The notes: generated by a model from the sequence alone, not told the origin. Positions 1 to 14,484 are shown, counted from the first letter of the stretch. The stretch is 64,000 nt of DNA from Nemertoderma westbladi (GCA_032718475.1 JAUCBJ010002178.1:38219-102218), one strand, 5' to 3'. Numbers and translations: made by a program.

Positions 1-920
1 GAACATCATCAGTCTGTCCAGTCTGCATTCGGTGTTCTTGAACACCCACTGCGCTAAGAGAAAGCTTATCTGCCAAGGCAGTCAGCTCACCTTGTCGCAT
101 TGGGGACCCAAGTGTTAGGGTGTTTACTGAGGCTAGTCTAGTGACTTGCCTCAGATTCACCAATGGATTTGTTGGTCGGGGTGGAACATGAGAGTAGCTT
201 CAAACTCCAGAATCCCTCTCCCCCTCACAATCTGGCCTCCCTGGTGACCTAGGGTTTGGACCAGAAAGGTCATCAGGAAAGGGACTCGAAGAATTGTTGG
301 CTTCTCTCTCTCGAGTAGGGGGTGAGACAGGCAGCCGGTCAGGAGATAACTGACACCTGTGAGGCCGATTGTGTCCGGTAATTCCACAGGCCTCTATTGG
401 CCGGACCTCTGCATTACTAATACAATCCACAGTGGGGGGTTGGGGAGTGCCTTTTTGCTGAGTCAGCTCTCGGGGTAAATACCACACCCTGGTATGCCGT
501 TCCACAGGGTGGGTGTTGCAGTGGAGTCAGATATGAGGCCCATCACCCATATCTACTCTGGCACACATGACCCACCATTGGCTGTGCAGCTCATCTGCTG
601 GGTCATGCTCTGTACCCCTGCTGCCAGGTGCAGGTCGCAGAGAAGTGTACTCAGAGTGGACATGAGAACACTCTACTCCTGACCAGCCATTGGTAGATCA
701 CCATCTGCCTGGTCAGGCCATATACCCCTGCAGCCAAGTATATGGGTCCTCAATACAGGACCAATTGTGTCCTTATCCCAGAACGAAGGGGTTCCTAGTT
801 ACAGGACCAGATTTGCCCCAGTAAGAGGGTCTATGCAGCTACAGGTGGCACCTCCTTTATGCTGCTTGGAGGTGGCAAGTTTTCTTGATCAATGACCTAG
901 AATACCTGACCTGACCTGAA
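1..920 (-). mobile_element. GC-richer repeat-like segment, possibly the non-coding 5' region of an RTE-type LINE
   Basis: Composition differs from the flanks. It is bounded by (cctga)n at 905-919 and lies next to an RTE fragment. No recognisable protein. Confidence 0.25.
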
Positions 921-1134
921 TATATTAATAAATTAGGCCTACATGTAGGAGCATCTTGTTGGGGTTAGTGCTGGTGTAGCGCTTATGGTCAAAGGTTCCA
1001 CACATGGGTCTAAGTTTCAGTAGATAGGTTTGGTCAAATCTTCCCATTCCACAAACTTACATTTCAGTGTAACGATTCTGTCAATTTTATGATTCAACTA
1101 TACTGTACATCCAACCGTCGGAATAGATAGATAG

Positions 1135-1640
1135 ATTGTCTCACGACCTGTTTACAGAACCCATTCTGATTTTCACGTTGCAGTGTCTCGATGGGATCCC
1201 TGATGTGATATCTATTAAAGCTTTACAGCAATCGAGAATAATAAGATTAAGAACAAAAAGATCCATATATTATTAGGTTGTACTTCTTGGGAACAGGGGC
1301 CAACTTATTTGTTTGCACGGACTCTCTTAGATTTATACATAGGGCCTATACATGTCTCTGATATTGGTGTGAATGAGCTCCAAGCACACAGGTATTTTAA
1401 TGCCATCAACGCAACCTTACTGGCACGATTGGTTTTGCAGCAGTCAGTCTTGACTTTCACAAATGAGATGTCACCAATGGGTATATTATGAGTACAGACT
1501 CAGACGCAAAGTTATCAGGCAATACTCTGTCATTGTTTAGGAGCTTCTCAAAGTGGCCCTTACAACCATTTTTGAGATGCTTGTGAATCGGCCTTGATAA
1601 TTGGTTGGAGAGTTCCTTAGAGAGATCATTTCGGGACTTC
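1135..1640 (-). mobile_element. Degenerate RTE-clade LINE fragment
   Basis: Clear nucleotide similarity to 15475-15960 (e.g. aacccattctgattt, atgggatccctgatg, ctggcacgattggt, gagtacagactcagac, tcaaagtgg). Reading frame is disrupted. Confidence 0.8.
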
Positions 1641-1859
1641 CAAATCCTGTGGTCAGTCCAAAGGGCTATTTTTTCTGATTCAAGGGTGTTGTTCCCAAAA
1701 TTGTGGAACTGAACCTATATAGTAGCTATGAAATTGAATGTTGAAGTGATGAAATTTATAAAACGGTTCTAACGATTTTCCCAATTTTTTGACCATAGTT
1801 ACATAGGCCAAATCCAAATCTAAGGTCACACGCAAATTGTCATTCCAAGGTGCGAGTGG

Positions 1860-2165
1860 TAGGATTGGGACACTCTGATTGACCGAATCTGAATCTCGAT
1901 AAATCTCGACTAGACTTAAATGAAACTCGTCCATACTTGCTAGGAACATCCCTCACCTTAGCCTCAACATCCTGGGTGGGCCAAGACTCTGTAGGGCTGG
2001 GGGTGTAGGATTGGAACGCTCTGATTGGCCGAAATTTAAACTCGATAAATCTTGACTATAATTAAACGAAACTCGTCGATACTCGCAGGGAACATCCCTC
2101 ACCTAAGTCTCAATATCCTAGGTTGGTCACGACCCTGGGGGCCAGGGATCTACGATTGGGACCCC
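1860..2165. repeat. Tandem duplication of about 150 bp (two copies) in a probable non-autonomous element
   Basis: ggattgg..ctctgattg.ccgaa..ctcgataaatct..aaactcgtc.atact.gc..ggaacatccctcacct occurs at ~1860 and ~2008. Confidence 0.7.
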
Positions 2166-5100
2166 AATCAGCGGGTAAACGCATGATGTATGTATAATAA
2201 CTAATTTTGCATAATTTAGGTAATTATTGACAGAAGCATTAGTTCATAGCCCCTTTAACACCGTCATCTTTCTCCTACATATATACATGTATAGGCCTAC
2301 ACGGCTCCAATCAAGGCAAGGATCCACTCTAAGTAATCCAATGTTCCTTATTGGACTTCATCCCTTTGGTTGCACTTGTGGTCTTGTACGGCAAAACTAA
2401 AATTTTGCCAAAAAATTCAGAATCTTGCTTATGTTTTCAATCTTGTTATTCAATCTTATAATTCAACATGGGGATATTTGTTAGGCCTACTGTATATCAT
2501 TACTCAGTATCACTCCAATCCAAGTAGTACACGGAATGAGGGCGCCTGGTCCAGCCATTTTATATTATATTCAGGACAAAGTGTTGCAGTTGAGTCTGTT
2601 TTATTTCCCATCCAGAGCACCTCAGTTTTGGTTCTATTTAATTTTAATACTGAAATTTTTCCAAAAGTGTCGAAAATATAACATTTTCTCTGTCACATCT
2701 AACAATGAGATTAAATTTCTACGTCGTTAGACCTATGTTCCTTCAATATCGTCTTAATTTCTATTAGCTATCGCTAGTATTTAAATTAAGAAATAAATCC
2801 GAACTGAGAGGGTCCTCTTATTGTGTAAAACCACGTTCGGCCGAGAATGGCCTTGGAAGATAACCATTGTTCTGTATCACGAGTTGGAAGTTATTATTAT
2901 ACAGTATAGGCCTATTATATATCAAACCAAGTTACAGTAAAAAGTTTGTAAAAAATTGAAACGATTTAAAACGCATTTAATAAATGGCTCTACTGAATCA
3001 TATGCTTTTTGGAAACCCGCCATCATCACTCGAATTCCTCCCTGGCCAAATTTGTCTAGGTTTTCACTAGCGGAGACATTTTTTCGAACATTGTCTAGGT
3101 AGCGCGCAGGGGGAAGGAAACCCGACTGCTCCTGATTTATTAACGGAGATTATAGGGCTACATACTGTACTTCAATCTAAGGGTCAAATGTTTTGTTAAT
3201 AATTTATAATCGACATTTAGAAGTGTTATGGGCCGTCTGTTGTCTAAAAAACCGTGGATCTTTATCCTTGTTTTACGTTTAACAAGCGCTGTAGCAAACA
3301 ACAACAGTATACCTATAACTGTGGTTCAAACATGAGATTGATGAAGTCATAACTTCTGACTGAGGCAAAATTTAGAAAATCCGGCCTATTATTCTGTAGA
3401 CAGAATCCTCAGCTACAACCTCCCACAAAAAATTGAAATCCGTTAAGAAATGGCGGAGGAGATAGATTTTTAGTAAAAAATAAGCACATTTGAGAAAAAT
3501 GCAGGAAAAAATTTGAGTTTGAATTTCGCGCTAAACCATCTCCTATTGGTATATATTTATTATTATATGATGTTTGACAACCACGACTTTAGAGGAATTG
3601 TGATATTAATATGAAAACAATAAAATAGGACATGGGGTCTTATTCCCTCAGATACTACCTAGCATTTAGGGCCACTTGGGCCACTGTTAGTACTCAGGCA
3701 CTAAGGCCCATTAAAAAACAAAATACCAAATCGATTTTAGTGCTACATAACCCAACCCAACTACCACAAGAAAAACTACACCAAAACCTTTACAACTTTT
3801 TTTTTTATAAATTACACCTAAACTATTCATTATCCATTGAATCAATAATATGATAATGTACTGGTTATATAACAGTATATATAGCGGTTTATTCCCTCTT
3901 TCCTGATTTCCAGTTTATTGATCACCTGAAACACTTTCGAGTTTGATTAATGTGTCTTATAATAATAATCCCACCACAATCGACTTCAAGCATCATAGAA
4001 CTTGGCATCCGATGGACAGTAGCTTCCAGCCACTTCGGATTGCGTCGACCACAACCAACATTTCTTACCCACACCTTATCTTCCGGTTTATACTTATTAC
4101 CAAGTTGAGGAACATTTATGTGCTATTAAGTTAAACGATTACGCAAAGAATAACCCATTAATATCTCAGTGGGCGACTTTCCTCCCTCCAATGGTGTAGC
4201 ACGAAATCTAAATAGAATCTCCTTCAATTTCTTGGACCATTCTTTGCTAGTGACTCTTTAACTGTAAGGACACCTCTTTCGGCCAATCCATTGGATTGAG
4301 GGTCGTAACTTGGATTCCGCGAATACTCTATTCCCCATTCGTCCATCTTATTTTTGAACTCGGCACTGATAAATTGTGGTCCCCCATCGGAATGAATTTT
4401 AGGAGGAAAACCAAACCTAGCGAACCACTCAAACAGAAGTAATGTTGCCTTTGATGTGGTAGAGTTCATTTTCTCAACTTCAATCCATTTACTACCACAA
4501 TCCACCAGTAACAAATAATCACTGCCATTGGAAGAAAAATAATCTACATGTAATCTCTCCCATGCATTATTGGTAACAGGCCATTCCTCGAAAACTTGAG
4601 GCCTCGAACTCATGTTCCGCTGACCTCTGACAAGTTTGGCAATAATTGGATACATCCTCTATTTTACTATCCAAATTAGGCCACCACACATGTAACCTAG
4701 CTAGGGACTTCATTCTCGTCGAACCTTGGTGTGTAGCATGTATTTTATCTAAATATCTTTATCAAAGTGATGTTGGAATAACTATTCGCCCCCTCATGAG
4801 TAAAATACCATCCTCTATTGAGAATGATAGTCTCTTGATCCAGAAGGGCTTTAGTTGTTCATTGTTCAATTGGCCACTTCTCTACTCCTTCCTGTAACAA
4901 CTTTATTACAACAGATAGTATCTCATCCCGCTTGGCTTTCTAACCTCTTCTAAATTAACAGGTCCAACACCATCAGTTACATTATTTATTCTTTCCCAAT
5001 CCGACGTTTCTGTTTTAAATGGCGCTCTACTTAGCGCATCAACATTACCATGGAGTTCACTTTTGCGATACTCTAACAATCGTATCGCATATCGATGCAG

Positions 5101-6335
5101 ATGTCCTTGAAACTAATTCTGACAAACCTTTCTTACAACCAAAAATAGATACTAATGGCTTGTGATCAGTGATCAGAACAAATTTACGACCCCATAAATA
5201 GGATTGAAATTTCCCAATTCCAAACATAATTGCCAGTGCTTCACAGTCGATATTTAAATAATTCTTTTCAGCTTGTATTTGGGTTCGGGAAGCAAATGCC
5301 GCTGGATATTCCTTCCCATTAACCCGATGTGATAAAACGGCACCCAAACCTTTTTGAGATGCATCACATGACAACATCAATGGCTTATCTGGATCATAGT
5401 GGGTTAATGTAGGAGCTGACAACAATACGTCCTTTATTTCCTGAAATGACTCCTCCTGTTCTCTATCCCATTCCCACTTTGGCCCTTTTTTAAGCAAACT
5501 ATAAAGAGGCTGAGCAATTGCAGACAAATTCCTAACAAATCCAGAATAAAATTTAACCATGCCTAGAAAACTCTGCAAACCAGAAACATTTGTTGGTGCC
5601 GGCATATCCGCAATAGCACGTACTCTTTCACTGTCAGTTGACCTCCTTTTATCTGAAATAATAAAACCTAAGTATTTCACTGTGTTCGTAGCAAATTAGC
5701 ACTTGTCCTCTCGAAGTCTAATGCCAGCTGATTGAAGATGATCGAATTAAATTTAAATGATCATCCAAATTTTCTGATGTTAATAACATGTCATCCAATA
5801 ATACAAACACATTGGCAATATCCTTCAAAATTTGTTTCATTTCCCATTGTACAATACCTGGAGCTGAAGAAGTTCCATACGGAAATATCTGATACTGTAT
5901 TAGACCTCTGATGGTATTAACTGTCAACATAACTTTTGAGTCATCTTCTAATTCGAATTGCTCATAACATGTTCTCATGTCCAACTTCGTAAAAAATTTC
6001 TTGTTAGACAGTTTAGCAAAAATGTCCTCTATCAAAGGCAAAGGATATGCTTCAGTGTCTATTTGTTTTGCCACTGTACCAGTATAATCTGCATACAATC
6101 TCACACCACTATCAGGTTTTGCCACAGTGACCATTGGCGAAGCCCCCTCAGACGAAGCGACAGGTTTTAATGTTCCACGATTCATCATTTCATCCAAGCA
6201 TTCTCTGACTTTACTCTGCCAACACAAAGGGTACATGTCTAAGTTTCCTATATATTGGGAAAGCTCCAGGTTTGATCTGAATATGCGCTTTAAAGCCTTC
6301 AACTTTTCGTAATTCCCTTGAAAATAACTCACCAT

Positions 6336-7445
6336 GGTAATGTGAAAAATATCGAGACTTGAAAAATATCGAGAGTAAAAATAACGAGAGTAAAAATATC
6401 GAGAGTAAAAATAACGAGTGTTGAAAATTAACGTGATTAAAAAATATCGAAAGTAAAAATAACACGAGATGAAAAATATCGAAAATAACGAGTGTTGAAA
6501 AATATCGAGTGTTGAAAAATATCGAGTGTTGAAAAATATCGAGTGTTGAAAAATATCGAGTGTTGAAAAATATCGAGAGTAAAAATATTGCATTTTACTT
6601 GAGCATTTTATTTAGAATTATGGAACAATATTGCAGTGCATGGGTTACAACAGTGCAAGTGAATGGCATTATGTAATACACGTTGGGTACCCATTTACCA
6701 GATTTATTATACTAGCTAGCTAGTTTTTGCTATTTTTTTAATAAATATTATAAAAGAAGTGCTAGCTATAAATTTTGATAAATATTATAAATATTGTTAA
6801 ATTTTATATTTGAACACGTACTGTATAAGCTACCAAATGTTGATAAATATTGTTGTTCTAGAACATTTTTAGTAAAAAAAATTATCTTACAACCCTTATT
6901 TAAAAAAATTGTTACTATCGATATTTTTACTCTCGATATTTTTCAACACTCTATATTTTTCAACACTCGATATTTTTACTCTCGATATTTTTCAACACTC
7001 GATATTTTTCAACACTCGATATTTTTCAACACTCGATATTTTTCAACACTCAATATTTTTACTCTCGATATTTTTCAACACTCGATATTTTTACTCTCGA
7101 TATTTTTCAACATTCGATATTTTTACTCTCGATATTTTTCAACACTCGATATTTTTACTCTCGATATTTTTCAACACTCGATATTTTTACTCTCGATATT
7201 TTTCAACACTCGATATTTGTACTCTCGATATTTTTCAACACTCGATATTTTTACTCTCGATATTTTTACTCTTGATATTTTTCAACACTCGGTATTTTTG
7301 CTCTCGATGTTTTTACCCTCGATATTTTTACTCTCGATATTTTTTGAACTCTCGATATTATCGTTATTTTTCATCACTCGATGTTTTTACTCGCGTTATT
7401 TTTACTCTCGATATTTTTCATGTCTCGATATTTTTCAATATAACC
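6336..7445. mobile_element. Foldback-type non-autonomous DNA transposon with TIRs built from 15-17-bp tandem repeats; 8-bp TSD
   Basis: Termini GGTAATGTGAAAAATATCGAGA and TCTCGATATTTTTCAATATAACC. Arrays (AAAAATATCGAGTGTTG/AGAGT)n on the left and their reverse complement on the right. TSD CTCACCAT at 6328-6335 and 7446-7453. Interrupts Gypsy pol. Confidence 0.9.
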
Positions 7446-7608
7446 CTCACCATATACTCTTGGATCAACAGTTGGATATTATTAGCAGGGCTAGGGTGAA
7501 GCGTATTGTCAATTTGAACGACGTGCATTGTTTCAGGATTTAAACTAATGAGTCCAAATTCAATACATTGTTGCAAACAAAGTAATGGCGGACCTTCACC
7601 ATCTTTAA

Positions 7609-9025
7609 CCCTATTACCACTGGGGTGTGTTGACCATTAGCACCACTGGGGGGGGGGGCCGATTCGGCCCACCCTCTATATTTTGGTAGTCGTCCAATGA
7701 AATCCTACAAAATTTGGGCTGTTGGTGAAACAACTATAGATGAACACTACCAAATCTTAAAAAATTAAAATTTCATAAGCAGGGACTCATAATTTTGATG
7801 AAAAATAAAAGTAGTCCCAGGACAAAATTACAAAATTTTTCGTTTTCTAAAAACTAATAGTGCGGCAGTGTTGGCTAGATTTAGTAGGTTTTTCAAGACG
7901 CTGAAACGAATGTGATTATATTCCACTTCCAAAAATTGATGTGGATGCTATTTTTCGTGCACCTAAGAAGTGGGCGTGGCACTTCAAATTTTGAAAAATT
8001 AGATATTCAGAAAATGCCCCTAATTTTTTTATTTCAACGCATCTTTATGGGTTTTCTGGGCCGCTGAATCGATTGAAAGTAATATAGAAGCCTGAAGACT
8101 GAGTGGTTCGCCATTTTTGGTGCACCAAAATGAGGGCGTGGCACTTCAAATTTTGAAAAATACGAGATTTGGAAAATAAACCAAAATTGAAATTTTAACG
8201 AATTTATATAGGTTTTCCAGACCGCTGAATCGATTGAAAGTAATATAGAAGCCTGAAGACTTAGAAGTTAGCCATTTTTTGAAATCAAAACTTTAGTGTT
8301 TTTTCCGAATAAAGTAATTTTGAAAATTTGAAGTGCCACGCCCTAATTTTGGTGCACCGAAAATTACGTACACAAAGGATTTGAGGCTTCTATATTACTT
8401 TCAATCGATTCAGCGCTCCAGAAAACCTATAAAATTAATTTGAAATCTAAACTTTAGTGAATTTTCCGAATCTCGTATTTTTCAAAATTTGAAGTGCCAC
8501 GCCCTAATTTTGGTGCACCAAAAATGGCGAACCACTAAGTCTTCAGGCTTCTATATTACTTTCAATCGATTCAGCGCTCCAGAAAACCTATAAAAATGCT
8601 TTGCAAATCAAAACTTTAGTGTATTTTCCGAATCTCGTATTTTTCAAAATTTGAAGTGCCACGCCTTAATTTTGGTGCACCAAAAATGGCGAACCACTAC
8701 ACTTACATACTTGTATAGAGCATTAGAGTGATCCAAACCAATAAAAATAAATAAAAATAGCCCAAACATAAATAATTACTAAATCACGAATGACTTTGTA
8801 AAATTCGAAAATTTCAAAAAATTTGGTGCTGGAGACCAAATTTTGAGGTGACACCCACATCGAAAAGTAGAAATCCAATTGCAACGGCGTTTTTTGCAAA
8901 AGATGCGGCATTAAATTTGGCTAATTCTCACAAAAAATTGGGCCGGTACGTAATGTGGTTGCATAGTTACAGCAACTAAAAACTAGGAAGGGGCCGATTC
9001 GGCCCCCCCCCCAGTGGTAATAGGG
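7609..9025. mobile_element. piggyBac-like non-autonomous element
   Basis: TTAA at 7605-7608 and 9026-9029. TIR CCCTATTACCACTGGGG. Subterminal GGGGCCGATTCGGCCC. Internal ~180-bp repeats in two opposed arrays. Inserted in the Gypsy protease-RT region. Confidence 0.9.
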
Positions 9026-9427
9026 TTAACAATTGTAAATTTCCGAAAAATTGGTTTCATTCCTGGCAACCCTACCGCCAATGTAGTCTCACCAATGGGC
9101 ATTACCTTAGATTGACCAAAAACTGACAACATAGGTAGGTGCTCTGGAGATTTCATAACTGACACCTTTCAAAAAAGAAATTGGTATAATATTCCTAGAA
9201 GCTCCAGAATCTAACAGGATTTCTCTAGGTACTCCCTCGATAACTAGGGATACAAATGCCTGTGACTTTCCTTTAACTTAAAACGTATATGAACAATCAT
9301 ATTCAACTTGATCATCATTTTCTGTGAGTCAAGTATCTTATTAGTTGAAGAGTGGTTAAATGCACCGGAACTAGTGGTAGGCCTCCCCATACCAGTAGAC
9401 CTATCCATACCAGCGGTTCTACCCAAG

Positions 9428-10919
9428 ATGTCCTGCGTATGCGAATGGATGACGGTATAATAAACTGGAGATCTAGCGTTTCAGTTAGCGACGCGAAATA
9501 CGAATGCACGGAAGGTTCACTTCAACAGCTTAAGTCAAAGAATGTGGGACCTAAACGAGCCCCACGGCTGCAGCAGAAGTCAAATAAATCCCAACCTGGA
9601 TCGCTCAGTCACCCCGGATCCCATATCCCAGAAAACGACCAGTAGGAGGCACCTCTACTCGTTCACCGCAATCAAATATTAAATGTTTCTTTGCAAATGC
9701 GCATTCAATACGCAGTCTACACAAATATGGCGACCTACAATCGCGAATTGGTTCATTTAATTATGATATTGTTGGTCTATGCGAGACTCACCTCACACCT
9801 GACGACGAGGACTCTCTACTCTTGGGCGAGTTTAAAGATGATTATAAACTTTATCGAAAGGATCGACCACCCAATACGTGTGGCGGGGGTGTTGCGATCA
9901 TTTGTAAAAATAATCTGCAACCAACCCTGGTAGCTATCCCTCAACGTTACAATAGCATAGAGTGTGTATCCGTTGACATAAATACTGTAGAAAAATGTCG
10001 TATTGTCTGCATTTATCGTCCGCCAGACTCATGTTACATAACTACTATGAAATGCATCAGTACTTGAATCTAGTTAACAGTCTTATGATTGAAATTAGCG
10101 AGGTACCCCAACCAGTTTTCATTACGGGTGACTTCAATTTTGGTGCTATTAATTGGTCAGATCTAAACAAAAGGCCAAACTCACAATGTGATAAATTTAT
10201 TAATGCAGTTTCAGCATCAAACTTATGCCAATTAATTGACTTTATAACCCGTGATGATGCAATACTAGACTTGTTGTTGTGTAATGATCCATTTCTAATT
10301 GGGGATGTTTAATGTGAAACTCCAATTGGAAATAGCGCCGTAAACTCGACTATTCAAAAACCGAGCGACCATCAAGGGTTTTCTTTTAGTATTAATAATT
10401 GTCTTTTTAATAATTCTGAGACCCATGGACCACCACCGCTTAGATATAATTTTGTTAAAATGGATCAGGTAGGTATCAAAGCCGTTTAGTTTGAATAACA
10501 TTAACTGGGAACATGAATTTTCCAATTGTGATAACAACATAAATTCGATGTGTGATATATTCTATGGAACATTAAACAATCTCTTTGAGAAGTTTGTACC
10601 TAAATATATACCAAATAAAAATAAAAACCGCCCACCCTTGCATATCCGAAAATTGCAGGCTTCTAAGCGGTTGTTGTGGCGTAAAAAGAATAATTCCGTA
10701 ACAGATTTGCGTGCTTATAGACGTGTTTGTTTTATTTGTGAAAAAGCCATTCGCGATTTTCATATGCAAAAAGAAATTAAAGTCCTTACTGCAGTGCTGG
10801 ATTAAGCCTCTGGTGGCCCTAAGGCACATTTTAGTAATTTCCAAAAATGGTTGTTTATCATTGTTATGTGTGCTGCACTAGCCGAGGTGTCTCCTCAATA
10901 AAAATATCTTATCTTATCT
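9428..10919 (+). mobile_element. CR1-clade LINE, 5'-truncated and internally deleted (endonuclease kept, RT missing)
   Basis: APE motifs YRKDR..GGGVAI, CIYRPP, TGDFN and ILDLLL. 3' end is AATAAAAA(TATCT)n. Flanked by AAG/AAG. Gypsy gag sequence rejoins across it (GTHL|GRTAG). Confidence 0.85.
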
Positions 10920-12038
10920 AAGTGAGTTCCGGTAGGCCCATTCCTCTTAGGACAACACTTGTAAAAATGATTTCTCCCATAACACTTCCGGCAAAACCTC
11001 CCAAAAGCTGGGCACGTTTCCCATTTCCATTCATGATTCCCATCACAAAATTTACATTTACTCATAGGTACCTGTACTGGCATGGGAAATTTTTGGCTTA
11101 CAGGTCCACTAATAGACCCAGATGCAATCCTATTACTAGTACCGACAGGAGCCTGAACACTAGGTGCATATGTACCTAGTGTATGTGGACCTAGATGAAC
11201 CTGAACCTATAGATGGACCCGAACCGGTAGACCTATTTATATAAACCTCAGCAGAATTTTCGATCGCCCTCATTTCAGATGACTGTTGTTCCACAATTTC
11301 CATACTTCTAGCTAATACTCTTACAAGACAAGGCAAAAAGTAACCCGTTTTTTGTCTTGTTTTCTATTTGTTGCGTTACGCTCGCCACATAATAACGCTC
11401 GACAAAAAAGCCAACTTTTTTGCCCCCACTTAAATTGTTATAATGTGATAATTATGAACAATGGCGAATCTAATTTTATTTATTTGAGGGGAATTATTTG
11501 TAGTTATGCACTCAAACTTTCTAGAACAACTTAGTAATGACGCGGTTACATACTGGATACTGGAAATAGATAGTAAAATGTATGGCATAGGGACATACTG
11601 AGAAATAATGTTGCACTGCGATATAAAAATTGTCAAAAAAGTTGGAAAATATGTCGCCCTGGCGATTCGCCCGGACGAAATTAATTAAACACAAATAAAT
11701 ACAATACAAAGCTAAAATAATGTTGGGATATCTTTAACAATTAACTTGACTACGTGTCTCATGTCCTAGAGCGTCCTCTACCGAGCATCACCATACTGTC
11801 TCATAATAACTTCGCAGCGGTTTTGTGTCGACGGTCCAAAAGTGGCCATAGTGCATTTTTTCTGACCTTCGTCCTGGAACCCCACGCAACCAGGTACTGT
11901 ACACCGGCTTTCATTGCAGTAAAGAAAAGTGTAGGCGCCGTATAACTGCGGTATAATCAGTTTTCAGATCTAGCTCTACTAATTTATTACGCGCCTATAT
12001 TAATTAAATCAAACATGGCAAAGATAGGTGGAATATTC

Positions 12039-13057
12039 GGGTATAACTTTTCGCCGTATCCGTATCCGTATCCGTATGTACTGTACATACGCGTATGTGC
12101 GTATGTAATGGATTCCTATGGAGAATAATCCGTATGTGATTTTAAAGATTAGGCATTGCTTACCAGTAAAAAGTGCACAACACACATGCAGACTGAAGAC
12201 AGTTAGGCCTACTTAAAATCGATATGATTTAAAGAGTGCGCCTGCCGCTACCTAATGGCAAATAAACATTGTAGGTCTAGGATGAGTGACCGATGATGTC
12301 CTACAGCCCCGGGATGCGCCACAGCGCTTGTTTTATTATACTAACTGACACTGGACGCCCGGTTGGACTTAGATTAATTACTGGCACCCGGTTGCACTCG
12401 CTGACACGTGGTTTGACTTTTGACTAACTGGCACTAGGTTGGTTGGTCTTGTTGGCATTTGGCTGCATAGGACCTGCTATGGTTAACTAAATACTGGCCC
12501 CGAAACAGCGAAAGTAAAGGTATTATATGTTAATAAATTCACAAAGAAGGACAAACTGGCACGACGGTTTTCAATATCTGTGCGAATGTTTATTCCCTTA
12601 GCATTCTCATTGCTGCTTCTATCAGTCTATACTATGTTAGTACCATATACTGTAGCAACCAACAACATTCTATAGCCAGGTTGGTGGAAAAACAGTTCAA
12701 AAATAAATCAAGGGGTGGTTAGTTTTCCAAGCGGCGTCAAGTAGAGTTAACTGGTTAATATGTGCTGCTACTGCACTGCTGGCGCATCCCGGGCTGGCGG
12801 ACACCGGCTGTGACTCATCCTGGACCTGTGCATTGTTTATTTGACATAAGGTAACGGCGGCAGCCACACTCTTTAAATCACTTAGCTTTAAGTAGGCCAG
12901 CCTGTCTTGTCTGACATCTGCATGTGTGCTGTGCACTTCTTACTGGTCCGCAATGCCTAATGTCTAAAATCACATACGGATTATTCTCCATAGGAATCCA
13001 TTACATACGCACATACGCAAATGCACACGGATACGGATACGGCGAAAAGTTATACCC
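12039..13057. mobile_element. Mutator-like MITE with long TIRs and 9-bp TSD
   Basis: TIR of ~120 bp starting GGGTATAACTTTTCGCCGTATCCGTATCCG and continuing imperfectly inward (gccccgggatgcgcca / tggcgcatcccgggc). TSD GGAATATTC at 12030-12038 and 13058-13066. Confidence 0.9.
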
Positions 13058-13081
13058 GGAATATTCTGACATTCAATTAAC

Positions 13082-14110
13082 CCTATTAAACCCCGGGGGG
13101 GGGGGGGGGGGGGGCAATATGACCCCCCCCCCCCCCTGTGGTTTTTTTATTATAATTTTGAAACAAACGCAGCTGGGAATCTACAATTTTATGACTTTTA
13201 CTAAAAATCTATTGTCTTCATAGTAGTGAAAACCGTTTTCAAAAATATTGGGTATTTTTCGAGTTATAGCACCATTTTGTTACACTACTTTTGGCACTTT
13301 TTTTGAGACGTTTTTTGAAAATTACATTTCATTAAATATGAATTGTAACATCTCTATATTTGATTTACACCGGTTTTTGGTGTTAGCAATTGGATGGAAT
13401 TCATATAAATTGATTTAGAAATTTCAAACTTGTTTTTTTCGGCGGGTGCCAAATTTTGGTGCCAGAACCAAATTTTGAAATATGTCAATTTTGAAAATTG
13501 ATTGTTTGAAACTTGTTTTTTTACGCAATTGGGGTTTTTTGGGGTTATGGATTCGATGAAATATATACGAGTTGCACCAAGCGTATAAAACTTTTAGAGG
13601 TTTATGGCTGTTCTGAATTCAATGGAATATATAATTATATAGAATGGAATACAATGGAATATATAATTATATAGATAATACATCTCAATATTATTTATTA
13701 TTCGTAAGTATTTTTCGGAAGTGGATGCAAAATGTGATCCTAGCACCAAATTTTGAAAATTATCAAATATATCAATTGATTGTGTCACCTTATTTGCCAG
13801 CACCAAAATTTGGAAAATAAGCAAATTGATCAGCAGATAGTTACACCTTGTTTCTTGCGTTATACGGGTTTATGAGGGTCCTGAAACCGATGGAATCAAT
13901 AATAACAGCACTGGACATCGCAAACTTGTACTTTTTGGTGATGGGTACGAAATTTGGTGCTAGCACCAAAATTTGCCAAATTACGCCGAAAAATACAAGT
14001 ATCAATGATCTGGCATATTAGAAATGTATTCCATTAGAATCAGCGCCCTAGAAAACCTATAAATGTGAATTTATAGCATCGTATAAGTGAATTAAAAAAT
14101 TTGTGTTTTA
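13082..14110 (-). mobile_element. Truncated piggyBac-like non-autonomous element, same family as 62232-63738 (inverted)
   Basis: Terminus TTAA|CCCTATTAAACCCCGGG. The interior is the reverse complement of ~62575-63738 (e.g. gaatcagcgccctagaaaacc, ggtgctagcaccaaa). Confidence 0.85.
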
Positions 14111-14484
14111 ACTGTCAGCATGTGTTCATGAAGTTCAGTATGAAATAAGTTAAGTTTGTATGCAATGTTAAGATGTGTATTAAGTTAATAGATTTACGTT
14201 CTTATAACTCCAGCCATCAGATGTTCTTGGGCCAAGTCTGAAACGTCTGTACTTAGTACAGAATCCTGAGAGGAATCGGATTCTCAGAAAAACAATAACT
14301 GCGCATGCGCCAATTTCCACAGGTAGGTCTCTATTGGCATACCTGGGAAGATTGCTCTGATTGGCTAAATAGGCCCAAACAAAGGAATCTCCACGTACAC
14401 AAAGAATCAGCTGACAGATTTCGTCATCTTGGTTCTAATTTCTGACCGATGCGTAGTTCAACAATTTATGCCTTTTTAGAGTAT

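Larger units (their letters stand above)
3880..11300 (-). mobile_element. Degenerate Ty3/Gypsy LTR retrotransposon (gag-pro-RT-RNaseH-IN) split by three nested insertions
   Basis: Gag zinc knuckles CKFCDGNH..CPAFGRFCRKCYGRNHFYKCC (10895-11083). Protease REILLDSGAS (~9195-9228). RT (KLDMRTCYEQ, LLDDML; 5718-6330). RNase H (CDASQKGLGAVL, TDHKPL; 5057-5680). Integrase (RLHVDY, SDGGPQF, SNGLAER; 4224-4655). Domain order is Gypsy. Many stops and frameshifts; LTRs not recognised. Confidence 0.92.

Noticed and set aside
6794-7543. ORFs of 249 and 196 aa, and the repetitive N-terminus of ORF 5718-6593
   Set aside because: Translations of the foldback's 15-17-bp tandem arrays, not real proteins.
14215-14250. 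Possible Penelope-type hammerhead ribozyme (cagatgt-tcttgggccaag-tctgaaacgtc)
   Set aside because: The core reads CAGAUGU instead of CUGANGA, and stems I and III could not be built.
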